From contig CAVTSO010000001.1 of NCBI GenBank assembly GCA_963737445.1, positions 398,551 through 462,550 on the forward strand: 64,000 nucleotides of DNA. Reading direction: 5' to 3'. Shown here piece after piece: positions 1 through 11,229 of the stretch. Both the position numbers and the translations under genes were made by a program. Numbering within the stretch: position 1 is the first letter of the stretch; every line of letters begins with the position of its first letter. The notes beneath the pieces were generated by a model. It had not been told where the DNA came from, made no database searches, and saw only the letters and a program-made list of their open reading frames with translations. This DNA comes from an uncultured Actinomycetes bacterium. Its GTDB lineage: Bacteria > Actinomycetota > Thermoleophilia > Gaiellales > JAICJC01.

Positions 1-274
1 ACGTCCCGTCCGAGTGGCGGTAGACGGGCTTCATGATCGCCTCGCCCCGCCGCAGCAGCATCAGGTGCTGACCCATGATGTCCATGTGGTTGCAGGCCGG
101 GTCGAGCGGCGTCACGCCCATGTCGGCCCGCTGCGAGCGGTCGTAGCGGTGGTAGTCGTCGAGGCAGACATGCGAGACCTGCTCCGGCCCCAGCACGCGC
201 ACCAGCCCCCGCGTCAGTGTCGTCTTGCCGCTCGCGGAGTCACCCACGACGCCAAGGATGATCGGGCGTGGCAT
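1..274 (-). CDS. prk: phosphoribulokinase, N-terminal part (gene runs off window start)
   Basis: Minus-strand translation from ATG 274..272 gives MPRPIILGVVGDSASGKTTLTRGLVRVLGPEQVSHVCLDDYHRYDR. This has the P-loop and DDYHRYDR typical of the PRK/uridine-kinase family. It lies directly downstream of cbbLS on the same strand. Confidence 0.85.
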   Translation of the reverse strand, partial: MPRPIILGVVGDSASGKTTLTRGLVRVLGPEQVSHVCLDDYHRYDRSQRADMGVTPLDPACNHMDIMGQHLMLLRRGEAIMKPVYRHSDGT

Positions 275-283
275 CGATCCACT

Positions 284-586
284 CTACCCGGGGTGTCGCA
301 CGACGAAGGAAACGACCTGGCCCTGCCTGACGCTGTCGTATCCGACCAACTTGATCTGTGCGCCTGGGTTGGCGGCCGCGCACTGGTCGATCTCGGCCAG
401 CACCGCTTCGGCCGAGGGGCGAGCCACGAACGGGAGCTTCCACAGCTTCCAGTAGCTGTCCCGCGGCGCCGGGTCGATCGCGTACTCGATGCCCGGGATC
501 AGCCCGCCCCCGGTCAGGTGCTTCACCTGCGCGCGGACGTCGCTGTCGCTCAGCGCCGGCAGGTAGCTGAACGTCTCAGACGGCAT
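284..586 (-). CDS. cbbS: RuBisCO small subunit
   Basis: ORF track 284..595: [14 protein letters not shown]...YWKLWKLPF...IKLVGYD, which are small-subunit hallmarks. The start is ATG 586 or 595, abutting or overlapping the cbbL stop at 576. Confidence 0.9.
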   Translation of the reverse strand: MPSETFSYLPALSDSDVRAQVKHLTGGGLIPGIEYAIDPAPRDSYWKLWKLPFVARPSAEAVLAEIDQCAAANPGAQIKLVGYDSVRQGQVVSFVVRHPG

Positions 587-2009
587 GGGACACATCCAGG
601 GTGTCGACGGTGGCGTGCTCGAACCGCACGTCCCGCCAGGTCTCCATGGCGATCGCCAGCGCGGGGCTGTGGGCGGCCGCCTCGATCAGGATGCTCGCTC
701 CGTCGGCCGCCAGCGAGCGGCCCTCGTTGCGGGCCTTCACGCAGGCCTCCAGGGCGACGCGGTTGGCGGTGGCCCCGGCGGACGCGCCCCATGGGTGCCC
801 GAGCGTGCCACCGCCGAACTGCAGGACGGAGTCGTCCCCGAAGATGTCGACCAGGTCGGGCATGTGATGCACGTGGATGCCGCCGGACGCGACCGGCATC
901 ACCGCAGGCAGGGACACCCAGGGCTGGTCGAAATAGAGCCCGCGGGCGTGGTCGGCCGGGATGTGGTCGAGCCGCAGAAGGTCGACCACACCCAGTGTGG
1001 ACGCCCGGTCGCCCTCCAGCTTGCCGACCACGGTGCCCACGTGCAGGTGATCGCCGCCCGCCATGCGCAGCCACTTCGCGAGCACCCGGAAGTGGATGCC
1101 GTGATGCTTCTGTCGGTCCATCACCGCGTGCATCGCCCGGTGCACGTGCAGCAGCATCCCGTTCGCGCGGCACCAGTGGCTGAGCGACTGGTGCATCGCG
1201 AAGCCGGCGGTCAGATAGTCGTGCATGATGATCGGCGAGCCCAGCTCCCTGGCACGCTCGGCCCGCTCGAAGGTCTGCTCGACAGTCGGCGCCGTCACGT
1301 TCAGGTAATGCCCCTTGCGCTCCCCCGTCTCCGACTCGGCCTTCAGCACCGCCTCCATCACGAACCCGTAGCGGTCGCGCCACCGCATGAACGGCTGCGA
1401 GTTGATGTTCTCGTCGTCCTTGGTGAAGTCCAGCCCGCCGGACAGCGACTCGTACACGGCGCGGCCGTAGTTGCGCGCGGACAGGCCCAGCTTGGGCTTG
1501 ATCGTGCAGCCGAGCAGCGGGCGACCGTACTTGTTGAGGCGGTCGCGCTCGATCTGGATGCCGTTGGGCGGGCCCTGGAACGTCTTCATGTAGGCGGGCG
1601 GGATACGCATGTCCTCGAGCCGTAGCGCACGGAGCGCCTTGAACCCGAACACGTTGCCCACTATCGAGCTCATGACGTTGGAGATCGAGCCCTCCTCGAA
1701 CAGGTCGAGCGGGTAGGCGATGTACGCGATCGCCTGGTCGCGGTCGCCGGGCACCGGCTCGATCCGGTAGGCCTTGGCCTGGTAACGGCCGATGTCGACC
1801 AGGTGGTCTGTCCAGACCTGCGTCCAGGTGCCGGTCGACGACTCGGCGGCGACCGCCGCGGCCGCCTCCTCGATCGGCACGCCCGGCTGGGGCGTGACCC
1901 GGAAGGCGGTCAGGATGTCGGTGTCGGCTGGCACGTAGTCGGGGCGCCAGTAGCTGTCCCGGTAGTCCTTGACGCCGGCTTCAAACGTCGGAGCGGGGTG
2001 TGTGCCCAT
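576..2009 (-). CDS. cbbL: RuBisCO large subunit, form I
   Basis: Inside ORF 576..2585. From ATG 2009: [21 protein letters not shown]...[22 protein letters not shown]...[12 protein letters not shown]. 477 aa, with classic form I motifs. Confidence 0.97.
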   Translation of the reverse strand: MGTHPAPTFEAGVKDYRDSYWRPDYVPADTDILTAFRVTPQPGVPIEEAAAAVAAESSTGTWTQVWTDHLVDIGRYQAKAYRIEPVPGDRDQAIAYIAYPLDLFEEGSISNVMSSIVGNVFGFKALRALRLEDMRIPPAYMKTFQGPPNGIQIERDRLNKYGRPLLGCTIKPKLGLSARNYGRAVYESLSGGLDFTKDDENINSQPFMRWRDRYGFVMEAVLKAESETGERKGHYLNVTAPTVEQTFERAERARELGSPIIMHDYLTAGFAMHQSLSHWCRANGMLLHVHRAMHAVMDRQKHHGIHFRVLAKWLRMAGGDHLHVGTVVGKLEGDRASTLGVVDLLRLDHIPADHARGLYFDQPWVSLPAVMPVASGGIHVHHMPDLVDIFGDDSVLQFGGGTLGHPWGASAGATANRVALEACVKARNEGRSLAADGASILIEAAAHSPALAIAMETWRDVRFEHATVDTLDVSHAV

Positions 2010-2051
2010 GGCTACAGGGTAGGGCCGGAACGCTGCAACCACAATTGAAAC

Positions 2052-2067
2052 ATCAGACATGACTGAT
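2052..2067. promoter_or_regulatory. inverted repeat ATCAG-N6-CTGAT in the cbbR/cbbL divergent intergenic region (candidate LysR/CbbR operator)
   Basis: ATCAGACATGACTGAT is a perfect 5-bp-arm palindrome. It sits in the only AT-rich stretch between cbbL (start 2009) and cbbR (start 2082). Confidence 0.4.
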
Positions 2068-2081
2068 AACGTAGTACTGCA

Positions 2082-2957
2082 ATGACGTTCGGCCAGCTGA
2101 ACACGTTCCTGGCGCTCGCGCGCGCCGGCTCGGTGCGCGGAGCGGCGGCGGCGCTGGTGGTGACCGAGCCGGCCGTGTCGGCGGCGGTGGGCGCGCTGCA
2201 GCGCGACCTCGGCGTGGAGTTGGTGAGCCGGCAGGGCCGCGGCATCATGCTGACGCCGGCCGGTGAAACCCTGGCCCGCTATGCCGCCGAGCTGCTGGGG
2301 CTCCGCGACCAGGCGCTGCGCGAGATCCGGGAGGTGCGGGCGCTGCGCCTGGCCGCGGTGACCACCGCCGGTGAGTACGTGGTGCCGGCGCTCCTGAAGG
2401 CGTTCATGGCGGTCCACCCGAACGTGGACGTTTCGCTCGAGGTCGGCAACCGCGCCGAGGTGTACGAGCGGCTGACGCAGCGCCAGGTCGACCTGGCGAT
2501 CGGCGGCAGCCCGCCGGCCGGCTCCGGCATCAGCGGCCAGCCGTTCCTCGACTACCGGCTGGTGGTGGTGGCAGCGGCCGACCATCCGGTCGCGGATCCC
2601 GTCGACGAGACCTGGCTGCTGCGCGAGCGCGGGTCGGGGACGCGCGCGACCGTCGAGGCATTCCTGGTCGAGGCCGGGATCGCACCCCGCTCCACCCTCA
2701 CGCTGGGCTCAAACGGCGCCGTCAAGCAGGCCGTCCTGGTGGGTCTCGGCATCACCCTGCTGTCCGACCACGCGGCCGGCGCCGAGCTGGCCTCGGGCGC
2801 GCTGGTGCCGGTGGCGATGCCGGGCGCTCCGCTAGAGCGCTCCTGGTTCGTGCTGCGGCGTGCGAGTGGCCCGATCCTGCCGGAGGCATCCGCCTTCAGC
2901 GCGTTCTGCCGGTCGCCGGAGGCCGCGGCCGCCGTGCTGGCAGCGATCGGCCCGTAG
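2082..2957 (+). CDS. cbbR: LysR-family transcriptional regulator, divergent from cbbL
   Basis: [54 protein letters not shown] is a LysR HTH, followed by a substrate-binding domain. Its position is diagnostic for CbbR. Confidence 0.85.
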   Translation: MTFGQLNTFLALARAGSVRGAAAALVVTEPAVSAAVGALQRDLGVELVSRQGRGIMLTPAGETLARYAAELLGLRDQALREIREVRALRLAAVTTAGEYVVPALLKAFMAVHPNVDVSLEVGNRAEVYERLTQRQVDLAIGGSPPAGSGISGQPFLDYRLVVVAAADHPVADPVDETWLLRERGSGTRATVEAFLVEAGIAPRSTLTLGSNGAVKQAVLVGLGITLLSDHAAGAELASGALVPVAMPGAPLERSWFVLRRASGPILPEASAFSAFCRSPEAAAAVLAAIGP

Positions 2958-3256
2958 GCATTGCCGTGACCGGCGCGTGACACGCAATGGTGCAACGTTC
3001 ATCACGCTGCCGCAACGGGCCCATCGCCACACGTAACGATCGCACCACCCGGTCCGCCACCAACATCACGGCCCCTGACCGGGCCGCCTCGCAACCGTGC
3101 GGACGCGCGTCACCGTCCGGTCACGACTCGTCACGATCCCGTGCCGAACCGCCCACGCCGCCCGAGGCGGGGTTTGACTCCGTTACAGAACGCGCCGGGC
3201 GTTGCACGTCTGAGCGGGAGCCGTGACCGATCGTCGCGGAGTCGATGCTCCTGGCG

Positions 3257-4225
3257 CTACGCGCCCCGCTCGGCGACCGGCGACACCGGCTCGGCCGAGT
3301 CGATCACCACCTGCCGGCGGGCCCGGCTCGACGAGCGGTCAGACACCGCGACCGCCACGGCCGCCACGATCACCGCCGTCGCGACCAGGGTCGTGGCGGT
3401 GAGCTGCTCGCCCGCCAGGGCCCAGCCGAGGAAGACGGCCACCACGGGGTTCACGAACGCGTACGTTGCCACCCGCGTGGGCGGGACGTGGTCGAGCAGC
3501 CAGATGTAGGCGGTGAAGGTGACGACCGTGCCGAGCAGCACCAGGTAGAGCAGGCCAACGAGCGAGCGGCCGCTGACCTGCGACAGCTGCAGATCCTGCG
3601 CCTCGCCCGACGCGAACGAGACGACCACCAGCACCAGCCCGCCCACGAGCAGCGGCGCGCCCGCCGCCACCATCGGCGATGCGGGCAACGGCACCCTGCG
3701 GGTGGCGATCGTGCCGGCCGCCCACGAGAAGGCGGCCAGCAGCAGCAACGCGGCATCCGTCGCCGACAGGCCGCCGCCGCTGGTCTTTCCCGCAACCAGC
3801 AGCGCCACGCCCAGGAACGCGGCCAACAGGGCCAGCGCCGTGCGCGACGAGGGCCGGCCGGACCCTAGGAAGCCCCAGGCCAGCAGCGGCACGAACAGCG
3901 GGATGGTGGCGAGACAGAGCGCAGACACGCCCGACGGGACGAACTGCTCCTCGCGCGCCAGCACCGCGTGGCAGCCGACGAACAGGAACAGCCCGACAGC
4001 GCCCGAGCCCAGCCACTCGCCCGGCGTCGGCCATGCCGAGTCAGGCTCGCGCAGGCGCGACAGGCCCAGCAGGATGCCGCCGCCGACCAGGCAGCGCGCC
4101 GCCATCATCGGAAACGGCAGGATCGTCTCGACCGCCCAGGCGATGGCCAGGAAGGTCGAGCCCCAGACAAGGTAGATGGCCGCAAACGCGGCCACCACCC
4201 GCGGTTCGGGCAACGAGGAGGGCAT
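3257..4225 (-). CDS. EamA/DMT-family transporter
   Basis: 322 aa with about 10 predicted TM helices in two EamA-like halves (AAIYLVWGSTFLAI..., TYAFVNPVVAVFLGW). Confidence 0.8.
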   Translation of the reverse strand: MPSSLPEPRVVAAFAAIYLVWGSTFLAIAWAVETILPFPMMAARCLVGGGILLGLSRLREPDSAWPTPGEWLGSGAVGLFLFVGCHAVLAREEQFVPSGVSALCLATIPLFVPLLAWGFLGSGRPSSRTALALLAAFLGVALLVAGKTSGGGLSATDAALLLLAAFSWAAGTIATRRVPLPASPMVAAGAPLLVGGLVLVVVSFASGEAQDLQLSQVSGRSLVGLLYLVLLGTVVTFTAYIWLLDHVPPTRVATYAFVNPVVAVFLGWALAGEQLTATTLVATAVIVAAVAVAVSDRSSSRARRQVVIDSAEPVSPVAERGA

Positions 4226-4259
4226 CGCCGTAGGCTAGTGAGACGGGTAGGGCCGGGCG

Positions 4260-4877
4260 CTACCCGGCGGTCGCGGCGGCCCGCCGTATGGCCAGCAGAT
4301 CGCGGTCGCCGACCCGGGTGATACGGGCGCCGACCACAGAACGGCCGTAGGCGGCGATGTCCGCCTTCACTGCCTTGGCCTGGATCGTGATCTTGCGCTC
4401 TTCGAGCGAGAACGTGAGGGCGAACTCGTCGCCCGCCGCCATCTGCAGCTCGATCGAGAACTGCACGCCGGTCTCCGACAGGTCATCGATGCGCACGTCG
4501 TACTCGTTGCCCTCGACGGCGTACTGGCAGAAGATCGCGGTCATCACCGCCGGAATGTGCAGCTCCACCCGGGCCGCCTGCCGGCCCGGACCGTCCTCGC
4601 TGATCTCGACGAGGGCCAGCACCCCGATCGCCTGCTCGAACGAGTGGTACTCGGCCTCCGTCAGCTCGAACCGCGCCGTCCACGGCTGGTCGCCGACCGC
4701 AAAGCGCAGGGTCAGCTGCTCGACCCCGCCCATCTGCAGCCGCGGCAGGTAGGCCCGCAGCAACAACCCGTCCAGCTCGAACGGGTCGCACGGCAGCTGC
4801 TTCCCTTCCTGCGAGGTCGCGGATACGCCGGTGCGTCCCGGCAGCGATGCCAACGCTCGTGCGGCCGCCCCTTCCAC
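4260..4877 (-). CDS. hypothetical protein with PilZ-like C-terminal domain
   Basis: The C-terminus carries DVRIDDLSETGVQFS (a D-x-S-x-x-G PilZ motif). No RxxxR motif is visible upstream. The start is uncertain. Confidence 0.5.
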   Translation of the reverse strand: MEGAAARALASLPGRTGVSATSQEGKQLPCDPFELDGLLLRAYLPRLQMGGVEQLTLRFAVGDQPWTARFELTEAEYHSFEQAIGVLALVEISEDGPGRQAARVELHIPAVMTAIFCQYAVEGNEYDVRIDDLSETGVQFSIELQMAAGDEFALTFSLEERKITIQAKAVKADIAAYGRSVVGARITRVGDRDLLAIRRAAATAG

Positions 4878-4878
4878 G

Positions 4879-6510
<1,632 letters not shown>

Positions 6511-6530
6511 GGCGGCAAGCCTACCTCTCG

Positions 6531-6833
6531 TCAGCCGGGGCTGGTGCTGGTGCTGGCCACGACCACCAGCACGATGAACAGCACGGCGAGCACGACCAGC
6601 GCCACCCCGATCCAGCCCAGCACGATGCCGGCCGTGGCCAGGCCGGCCCCACCGAGCCCGGGACGCTCCGCGATCTCGCGCTTCGCCGAGTGACCGAACA
6701 CGATCGCCAGGATCGACAGCACGAACGGGAAGATCACGAAGCCGCCGATCCCGAGCACGAGCGAGGCGATCGCCTTGCCGCTGGTCTCGCCGGCCGAAAC
6801 CTGGACGGCGCCCGCCATGCGCGCGCCGCCCAT
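6531..6833 (-). CDS. DUF4190-type small membrane protein
   Basis: GKAIASLVLGIGGFVIFPFVLSILAIVFGHSAKREI plus a second TM helix. An in-frame zinc-ribbon-like stretch lies upstream but has no start codon (see rejected list). Confidence 0.65.
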   Translation of the reverse strand: MGGARMAGAVQVSAGETSGKAIASLVLGIGGFVIFPFVLSILAIVFGHSAKREIAERPGLGGAGLATAGIVLGWIGVALVVLAVLFIVLVVVASTSTSPG

Positions 6834-6912
6834 CCTGGCGCCGCAGTTCGAGCAGAACCCTGCGTCGGGCGCGACCGGCTCGCCGCAGCTCGTGCAGTAG
6901 GCCGCGGCTACG

Positions 6913-7314
6913 TCACACGCCCTTCGGAGACTCGTTCGGCAGCGTCAGCAGGTCGCGGATCGAGACGATGCCGATCAGCTTGCCGTGGTCGCAGATGGGA
7001 ACATGCCGGAAGCCGCCGTGGATCATCATCATGGCCGCCTCGCCGTTGGTGGCATCGGGCCCGACGGTGATCGGGTCGCGGGTCATCCACTGCTCGACGG
7101 TGCCCTCAATAGTGCCGCGGCCGACGGCCCGCAGCACATCGCGCTCGGTGAGGATGCCGATCAGGTGGTCGCCGTCGGTGACCAGGATCGCACCGACGCG
7201 GCGGTCCGCCATCTGGTGGGCCGCCTCCTGCAGCGCCTCGGATGGCCCGATCGTCAGCAGCCGGGTGGCCATGGTGTTGGAGACGGAATCCTCGCGGGGT
7301 CGCTGGTAGCTCAT
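6913..7314 (-). CDS. CBS-pair domain protein
   Basis: 133 aa with two CBS repeats (VGAILVTDGDHLIGILTERDVLRAV; FRHVPICDHGKLIGIVSIRDLL). Confidence 0.85.
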   Translation of the reverse strand: MSYQRPREDSVSNTMATRLLTIGPSEALQEAAHQMADRRVGAILVTDGDHLIGILTERDVLRAVGRGTIEGTVEQWMTRDPITVGPDATNGEAAMMMIHGGFRHVPICDHGKLIGIVSIRDLLTLPNESPKGV

Positions 7315-7457
7315 GCGCTAGCTGTACCTCGGGTCGGGGTGGGCGAGTGTACCGCACCCGTCGCTACGATTCGACCATGCCGGCCCAGACCTACCGGGGC
7401 AAGCCATGCGTGTGCCAGCACCGCCTGGAGCTCTGCGATCAGCGCTGCGTCGCCGAC

Positions 7458-8120
7458 ATGATGGCCACGACGTTCTACATGGCCTGCCTGAAGCTGACCG
7501 GCCGACGGTGCCTAGTGGTGGGCGCGGGCGCGGTCGGGCTGGAGAAGATCGAGGGGCTGCTCGCGTGCGACGCGAGTGTGCACGTGATCGCGACCGAGGT
7601 GGACGCGCCGGTGCAAGAACTGGCCGACGCGGGCGACATCGAGCTGACGGTGCGGCCGTACCGGCGGGGCGATCTCGAGGGGCACTTCCTGGCGATCGCC
7701 GCAACCAGCGATACGGACGTGAACGTGGCGGTGTTCGACGAGGCGGAGAGCCGGGCGATGCTCTGCAACGTGGTGGACGTGCCGCCGCTGTGCAGCTTCA
7801 TCCTGCCGGCGATCGTGCGCACCGGCCCGATCGCGATCGCGATCTCGACAGCCGGCGCGAGCCCGGCGCTGGCGAAGCGGATGAAGCGCGAGATCGGTGA
7901 GCTGTTCGGGGATCAGTATGCGGAGCTGGCGGAACTGCTGAACGACGCGCGCGGCTGGGCGAAGGCGACGCTGCCCACCTACGAGGAGCGAAAGGCGTTC
8001 TTCGAGGGGATCGTCAACGGCAGCCCCGATCCGGTCGAGCTGCTGCGGGCCGGCGACCGCCAGGCGGTGGTCGAGCTGATCGCGAGCCGGCAGGCGGCGG
8101 TTCCGATCAGCCTGCCCTAG
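7458..8120 (+). CDS. precorrin-2 dehydrogenase/sirohydrochlorin ferrochelatase (siroheme synthase N-terminal-domain type)
   Basis: LKLTGRRCLVVGAGAVGLEKIEGLL (Rossmann fold), NVVDVPPLCSFILPAIV and ISTAGASPALAKRMK. The start is chosen at ATG 7458 within ORF 7242..8120. Confidence 0.8.
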   Translation: MMATTFYMACLKLTGRRCLVVGAGAVGLEKIEGLLACDASVHVIATEVDAPVQELADAGDIELTVRPYRRGDLEGHFLAIAATSDTDVNVAVFDEAESRAMLCNVVDVPPLCSFILPAIVRTGPIAIAISTAGASPALAKRMKREIGELFGDQYAELAELLNDARGWAKATLPTYEERKAFFEGIVNGSPDPVELLRAGDRQAVVELIASRQAAVPISLP

Positions 8121-8422
8121 TCCAGCTTCGCCGAGCGGGGTGGTGGCAGCGCCCAGCGGCGTTCGTGGTGCCGGCGCTGGATGGTGCGACCGCTGGGCGG
8201 CTCGGCGTTCGTACAGGTCGCGGCCAGGATGTGCGCGCGAACCGTGCGCACCGGTGCGGCCTGGGCGAACGCGCGACCGGACCAGACGATCCATTACGCG
8301 CTGCCTGCTCCTACGATGCGCCTGTGATTAGCCCTCGTCGTGAGCGGGTAGCGCCCTCGTGCCCGGTCGACTCGGGACCCGCAGCCCAGCTCGCCGCGTT
8401 TCACCTACCGGAAGGAGCCACT

Positions 8423-9055
8423 GTGAGCTATCGGATTGCCATCATCGACGACATGCAGGACATCCCCTACCGCCAGGACACGCACATGCGGCCCGTCCGC
8501 CACCACCTGGGGATCAGCGCGTTTGGGTCGAACGCGTGGACGGCTGCGAACGAAGGCGACCGGATCTTGCCCGAGCACCGAGAGGACGAGGGCAAAGAGG
8601 AGCTCTACGTCGTGCTACGGGGCCGTGCCCGGTTCGAGATCGACGGCGACAGCGCCGATGCGCCCGTGGGCACGCTCGTGTTCGTCGGGCCGGAGAGCAA
8701 CCGCACCGCCTTCGCGGAGGAGGCGGGGACGACGGTGCTCGCCATCGGCAGCACCGTCGGCCAGCCATACGAGGTCGGCGGCTGGGAGGTGTGGGCAGAG
8801 TTCCACCCCGCGTACGAGGCCGGCGACTACGACGCGGTGATCGACCGCGCGCGCGAGCCGGTCGAGGCGAGCGAGTACGCCGCGCCGCTCTACAACCTCG
8901 CCTGCTGCGAGGCACTGGCGGGCCGCAAGGAGGACGCGATCGTTCACCTCCGGACCGCATTCGAGCGACGGCCGAACCTCCGCGACCTTGCAAAGGAGGA
9001 CACCGACCTCGACCCGCTCCGGGGCGAGCCGGCGTTTCGCGAGCTCGTCGGCTAG
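8423..9055 (+). CDS. cupin-domain protein with helical C-terminal extension
   Basis: GTG 8423 is preceded by GGAAGGAG. The cupin core is HREDEGKEELYVVLRGRARFEIDG...GTLVFV. The TAG stop (9053-9055) lies inside the IS target duplication. Confidence 0.7.
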   Translation: MSYRIAIIDDMQDIPYRQDTHMRPVRHHLGISAFGSNAWTAANEGDRILPEHREDEGKEELYVVLRGRARFEIDGDSADAPVGTLVFVGPESNRTAFAEEAGTTVLAIGSTVGQPYEVGGWEVWAEFHPAYEAGDYDAVIDRAREPVEASEYAAPLYNLACCEALAGRKEDAIVHLRTAFERRPNLRDLAKEDTDLDPLRGEPAFRELVG

Positions 9056-9056
9056 C
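9051..9056. repeat. target-site duplication GCTAGC (left copy)
   Basis: An identical hexamer flanks the other IS end at 10074..10079. Confidence 0.8.
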
Positions 9057-9990
9057 TGTGGTTCCTGACGCACGTTGTTCAGCCTGGAGTGCTCGTAGCC
9101 GGTTTCTGGGTGGCTGGCGGGCGAGGCTGCCGTGTGGTCGGTGGTGATTGTAGTAGTCGAGCCAGGTCGGTAAGGCGTGGATGCGGGCGGTGCTGGTCGG
9201 GTAGATCGCGGCGTACGCCCAGCCGTCAAGGAGGGTGCGGATGAAGCGTTCGGCCTTTCCGTTGGTGCGGGGCCGGTAGGGACGGGTTCGGAGGTGGCGG
9301 ATTCCGAGCGCGTGGCAGGCGATCGCCCAGATCGCAGCCTTGTAGGCCGACCCGTTGTCGGTCATCACTCGCTGTACCGACACGCCTCGCGCGGTAAACC
9401 AGGCAACGCAGCGACGCAGGAAGCCGATCGCGGTGACGGCTTGCTCGTTTGGGAGCGCCTCCACGTAGGCCAGGCGGGTGGCGTCGTCGACGCAGACATG
9501 CAGGTACTCATACCCAATCCGGTACGCGCCCTTGCGGCGTTTCTGCCCACGCCGGGTGCCGGTCACGGCGTGACCGACACGCTCGATCCGGGCCAGCTTC
9601 TTGATGTCGATATGGAGCAGCTCGCCCGGCCAGCGCCGTTCATACCAGTTGGCCCAGGCCCAACCGCTTCAGGATCGCCGACACCGTCGAAAGCGGCGTG
9701 CCGAGCATCCAGCTGATCTCGGCCGCCGTGAACCGGACACGACGCAACGCAGCAATCGCGTCGACCCGATCCGCCGGCGTCCTTGCCGCCAATCGATGCG
9801 GCGTCGAGGAACGATCCTCCGGCCCGCCCACGCCCTCCTCACGAAACCGGCGCAGCCACTTCGCCGCCGTCCGCTCCGACACGCCAGCCGCCGCCGCGGC
9901 CGCCGCCACCCGCCAATGCTCACTCAGCACCCGATCGACCAGCAACCGCCGACTCGCTGGGCACGTCCGAGCGTTACGGTGCAATCTCAT
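9057..9990 (-). pseudogene. IS481-family transposase, reading frame interrupted
   Basis: The HTH part (ORF 9640..10056, real start ATG 9990) ends in LGLGQLV*. The catalytic part continues one frame over (YERRWPGELLHIDIKK...). The C-terminal SRLNNV-like tail sits in yet another frame. That makes at least one frameshift, and probably two. Confidence 0.75.
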
Positions 9991-10073
9991 CTGGGGCCTC
10001 CTTGGAGGTCGAGGTCTTGGACAACCCCAACCCTCGAGGAGGCCCCGGATGAACAACCTTCCTAGGAACTACA
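9057..10073 (-). mobile_element. IS481-family insertion sequence (1017 bp)
   Basis: Imperfect terminal inverted repeats: TGTGGTTCCTGACGCACGTTGTTCA at the left end, and TGTAGTTCCTAGGAAGGTTGTTCA as the reverse complement of the right end. There is a 6-bp GCTAGC direct repeat of the NCTAGN type. The internal DDE transposase has the IS481-type N-terminus MRLHRNARTCPASRRLLV and the core YERRWPGELLHIDIKKL...DNGSAYK...RPYRPRTNGKAERF. Confidence 0.85.
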
Positions 10074-10079
10074 GCTAGC
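10074..10079. repeat. target-site duplication GCTAGC (right copy)
   Basis: See 9051..9056. Confidence 0.8.
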
Positions 10080-10103
10080 CGAATCGCGCGAGGGCAACGC
10101 ACC

Positions 10104-10730
10104 TCACATGTGAGCCAGCGCCCGGTCGAGCGGCCGCGGCACCTGGCTGAGATCGAGAGCCTCAACGAGCAGCCGTGCGTAGCGGATCTTCCGGCCGCTG
10201 CCGCTGCCCATGAACCGCCGCAGCTGCTCATCGGTCGCGCGACCGCGCCACTCGGGCTGCCTCTGCAGCGCGCGAAACGATCCCCGGTCGCCCTGGGCGA
10301 CAACGACCGCTTCCACGGCGGCGGCACCCAGCGCGCGGATCAGCTCGTCCTCCAGGTCGGCCGAGCAGACGAAGAAGCCCAGCCGTTCCATCTCGACACG
10401 GGTGAGCCGTGAACCGAGGCCGGCCTGCTCGAGGCCGCGCCGGAAGTCGCCCTCCTCACCGGCGTCGCAGATACCGGCCAGCCTCACGTCGAGCCCCGCG
10501 GGTCCGAACACGTCCAAGAACCCTCCGATCGCCTGCGCGCCCCCGATCGGCACGACGGAGACCCGCTCGGCGCGAAGATCGCGGCCGCGTCGTTCAGCCA
10601 GCGCCTGCACCGCACACCGGTCGCTCATCCCCTCAACCAGCAGGACCGCATGCGGGCGGCCGCCGGCCAGCGTGCGTCTGGCTGCGACCAGGGCTGCATC
10701 TTCCGAGCGGGATCTTGGCTGCTCCTCCAC
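10104..10730 (-). CDS. stand-alone TOPRIM (OLD-nuclease-like) domain protein
   Basis: VLLVEGMSDRCAVQALAERRGRDL...VSVVPIGGAQAI...LAGICDAGEE...FVCSADLEDELI carries the Toprim E and DxD-like signatures. The start is uncertain (GTG 10730 or ATG 10814). Confidence 0.65.
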   Translation of the reverse strand: MEEQPRSRSEDAALVAARRTLAGGRPHAVLLVEGMSDRCAVQALAERRGRDLRAERVSVVPIGGAQAIGGFLDVFGPAGLDVRLAGICDAGEEGDFRRGLEQAGLGSRLTRVEMERLGFFVCSADLEDELIRALGAAAVEAVVVAQGDRGSFRALQRQPEWRGRATDEQLRRFMGSGSGRKIRYARLLVEALDLSQVPRPLDRALAHM

Positions 10731-10803
10731 ACCACGTATCTTCGCAACGGCCCTGAGACGCGGGCGCTTTGATCGACCAGGCGACCTCGGCGACAATGCG
10801 GGC

Positions 10804-11214
10804 GTGGACGACATCCTGCCCGGCCTCAGCCAGGCGCTCGAGGCGATGAACCACGGTGATGTGGAGCCCGCGGTGGCCCTGCTCGATCCCGACGTGGACT
10901 GGCGAGGGAGACCGCAGGGGCACCTGTGGTGGCGGCACGTCCCGAGCTGCCACGGCCCGGACGAGGCGCGCAGGAACCTCGCGCTCCAGGTCGACAAGGG
11001 CCAGGCGCGGCCAGGCGTCAAGCGGTTCGCGTTGGAGCAGGTTGCTGAGGTCGGCGAGTGCGTGGTGGTCGCCGGGCGCTGGGAGATGGCGGATGGGTCG
11101 AACGAGGTAGGCCGGTTCTACCAGGTGCTGCGGGTGCGCGGAGGGCTGATCGTGGACATTCAGGGCTGCACCAGTCGCCGCGCCGCGATGGCCTACGCCC
11201 GCCGCGCTGCCTGA
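10804..11214 (+). CDS. SnoaL-like/NTF2-fold protein
   Basis: This is the C-terminal part of ORF 10210..11214. GTG 10804 is the first start that does not overlap the TOPRIM gene body. About 136 aa, with DILPGLSQALEAMNHGDVEPAVALLDPDVDW...GLIVDIQG. Confidence 0.55.
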   Translation: MDDILPGLSQALEAMNHGDVEPAVALLDPDVDWRGRPQGHLWWRHVPSCHGPDEARRNLALQVDKGQARPGVKRFALEQVAEVGECVVVAGRWEMADGSNEVGRFYQVLRVRGGLIVDIQGCTSRRAAMAYARRAA

Positions 11215-11229
11215 ATGCCGCAATCGCCG

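Noticed and set aside
14-1383. Long ORFs on both strands overlapping prk/cbbS/cbbL (14..1183 +, 550..1383 -, 585..1625 +). Similar shadow ORFs run through the window, e.g. 3245..3868, 13345..14280, 22941..23879, 24027..25241, 54033..55439, 58749..59903.
   Set aside because: Their translations are Arg/Pro/Ala/Gly-rich and low in complexity. They sit antisense to or out of frame with genes that carry clear family motifs. Open shadow frames like these are expected in DNA of about 70% GC.
6834-6912. In-frame zinc-ribbon-like sequence (YCTSCGEPVAPDAGFCSNCGA) immediately upstream of the DUF4190 ORF.
   Set aside because: Reading upstream in that frame there is no ATG, GTG or TTG before a TGA stop, so I could not define a start. 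It is kept as a note only. It may be the true N-terminus if an unusual start codon or a sequence error is involved.
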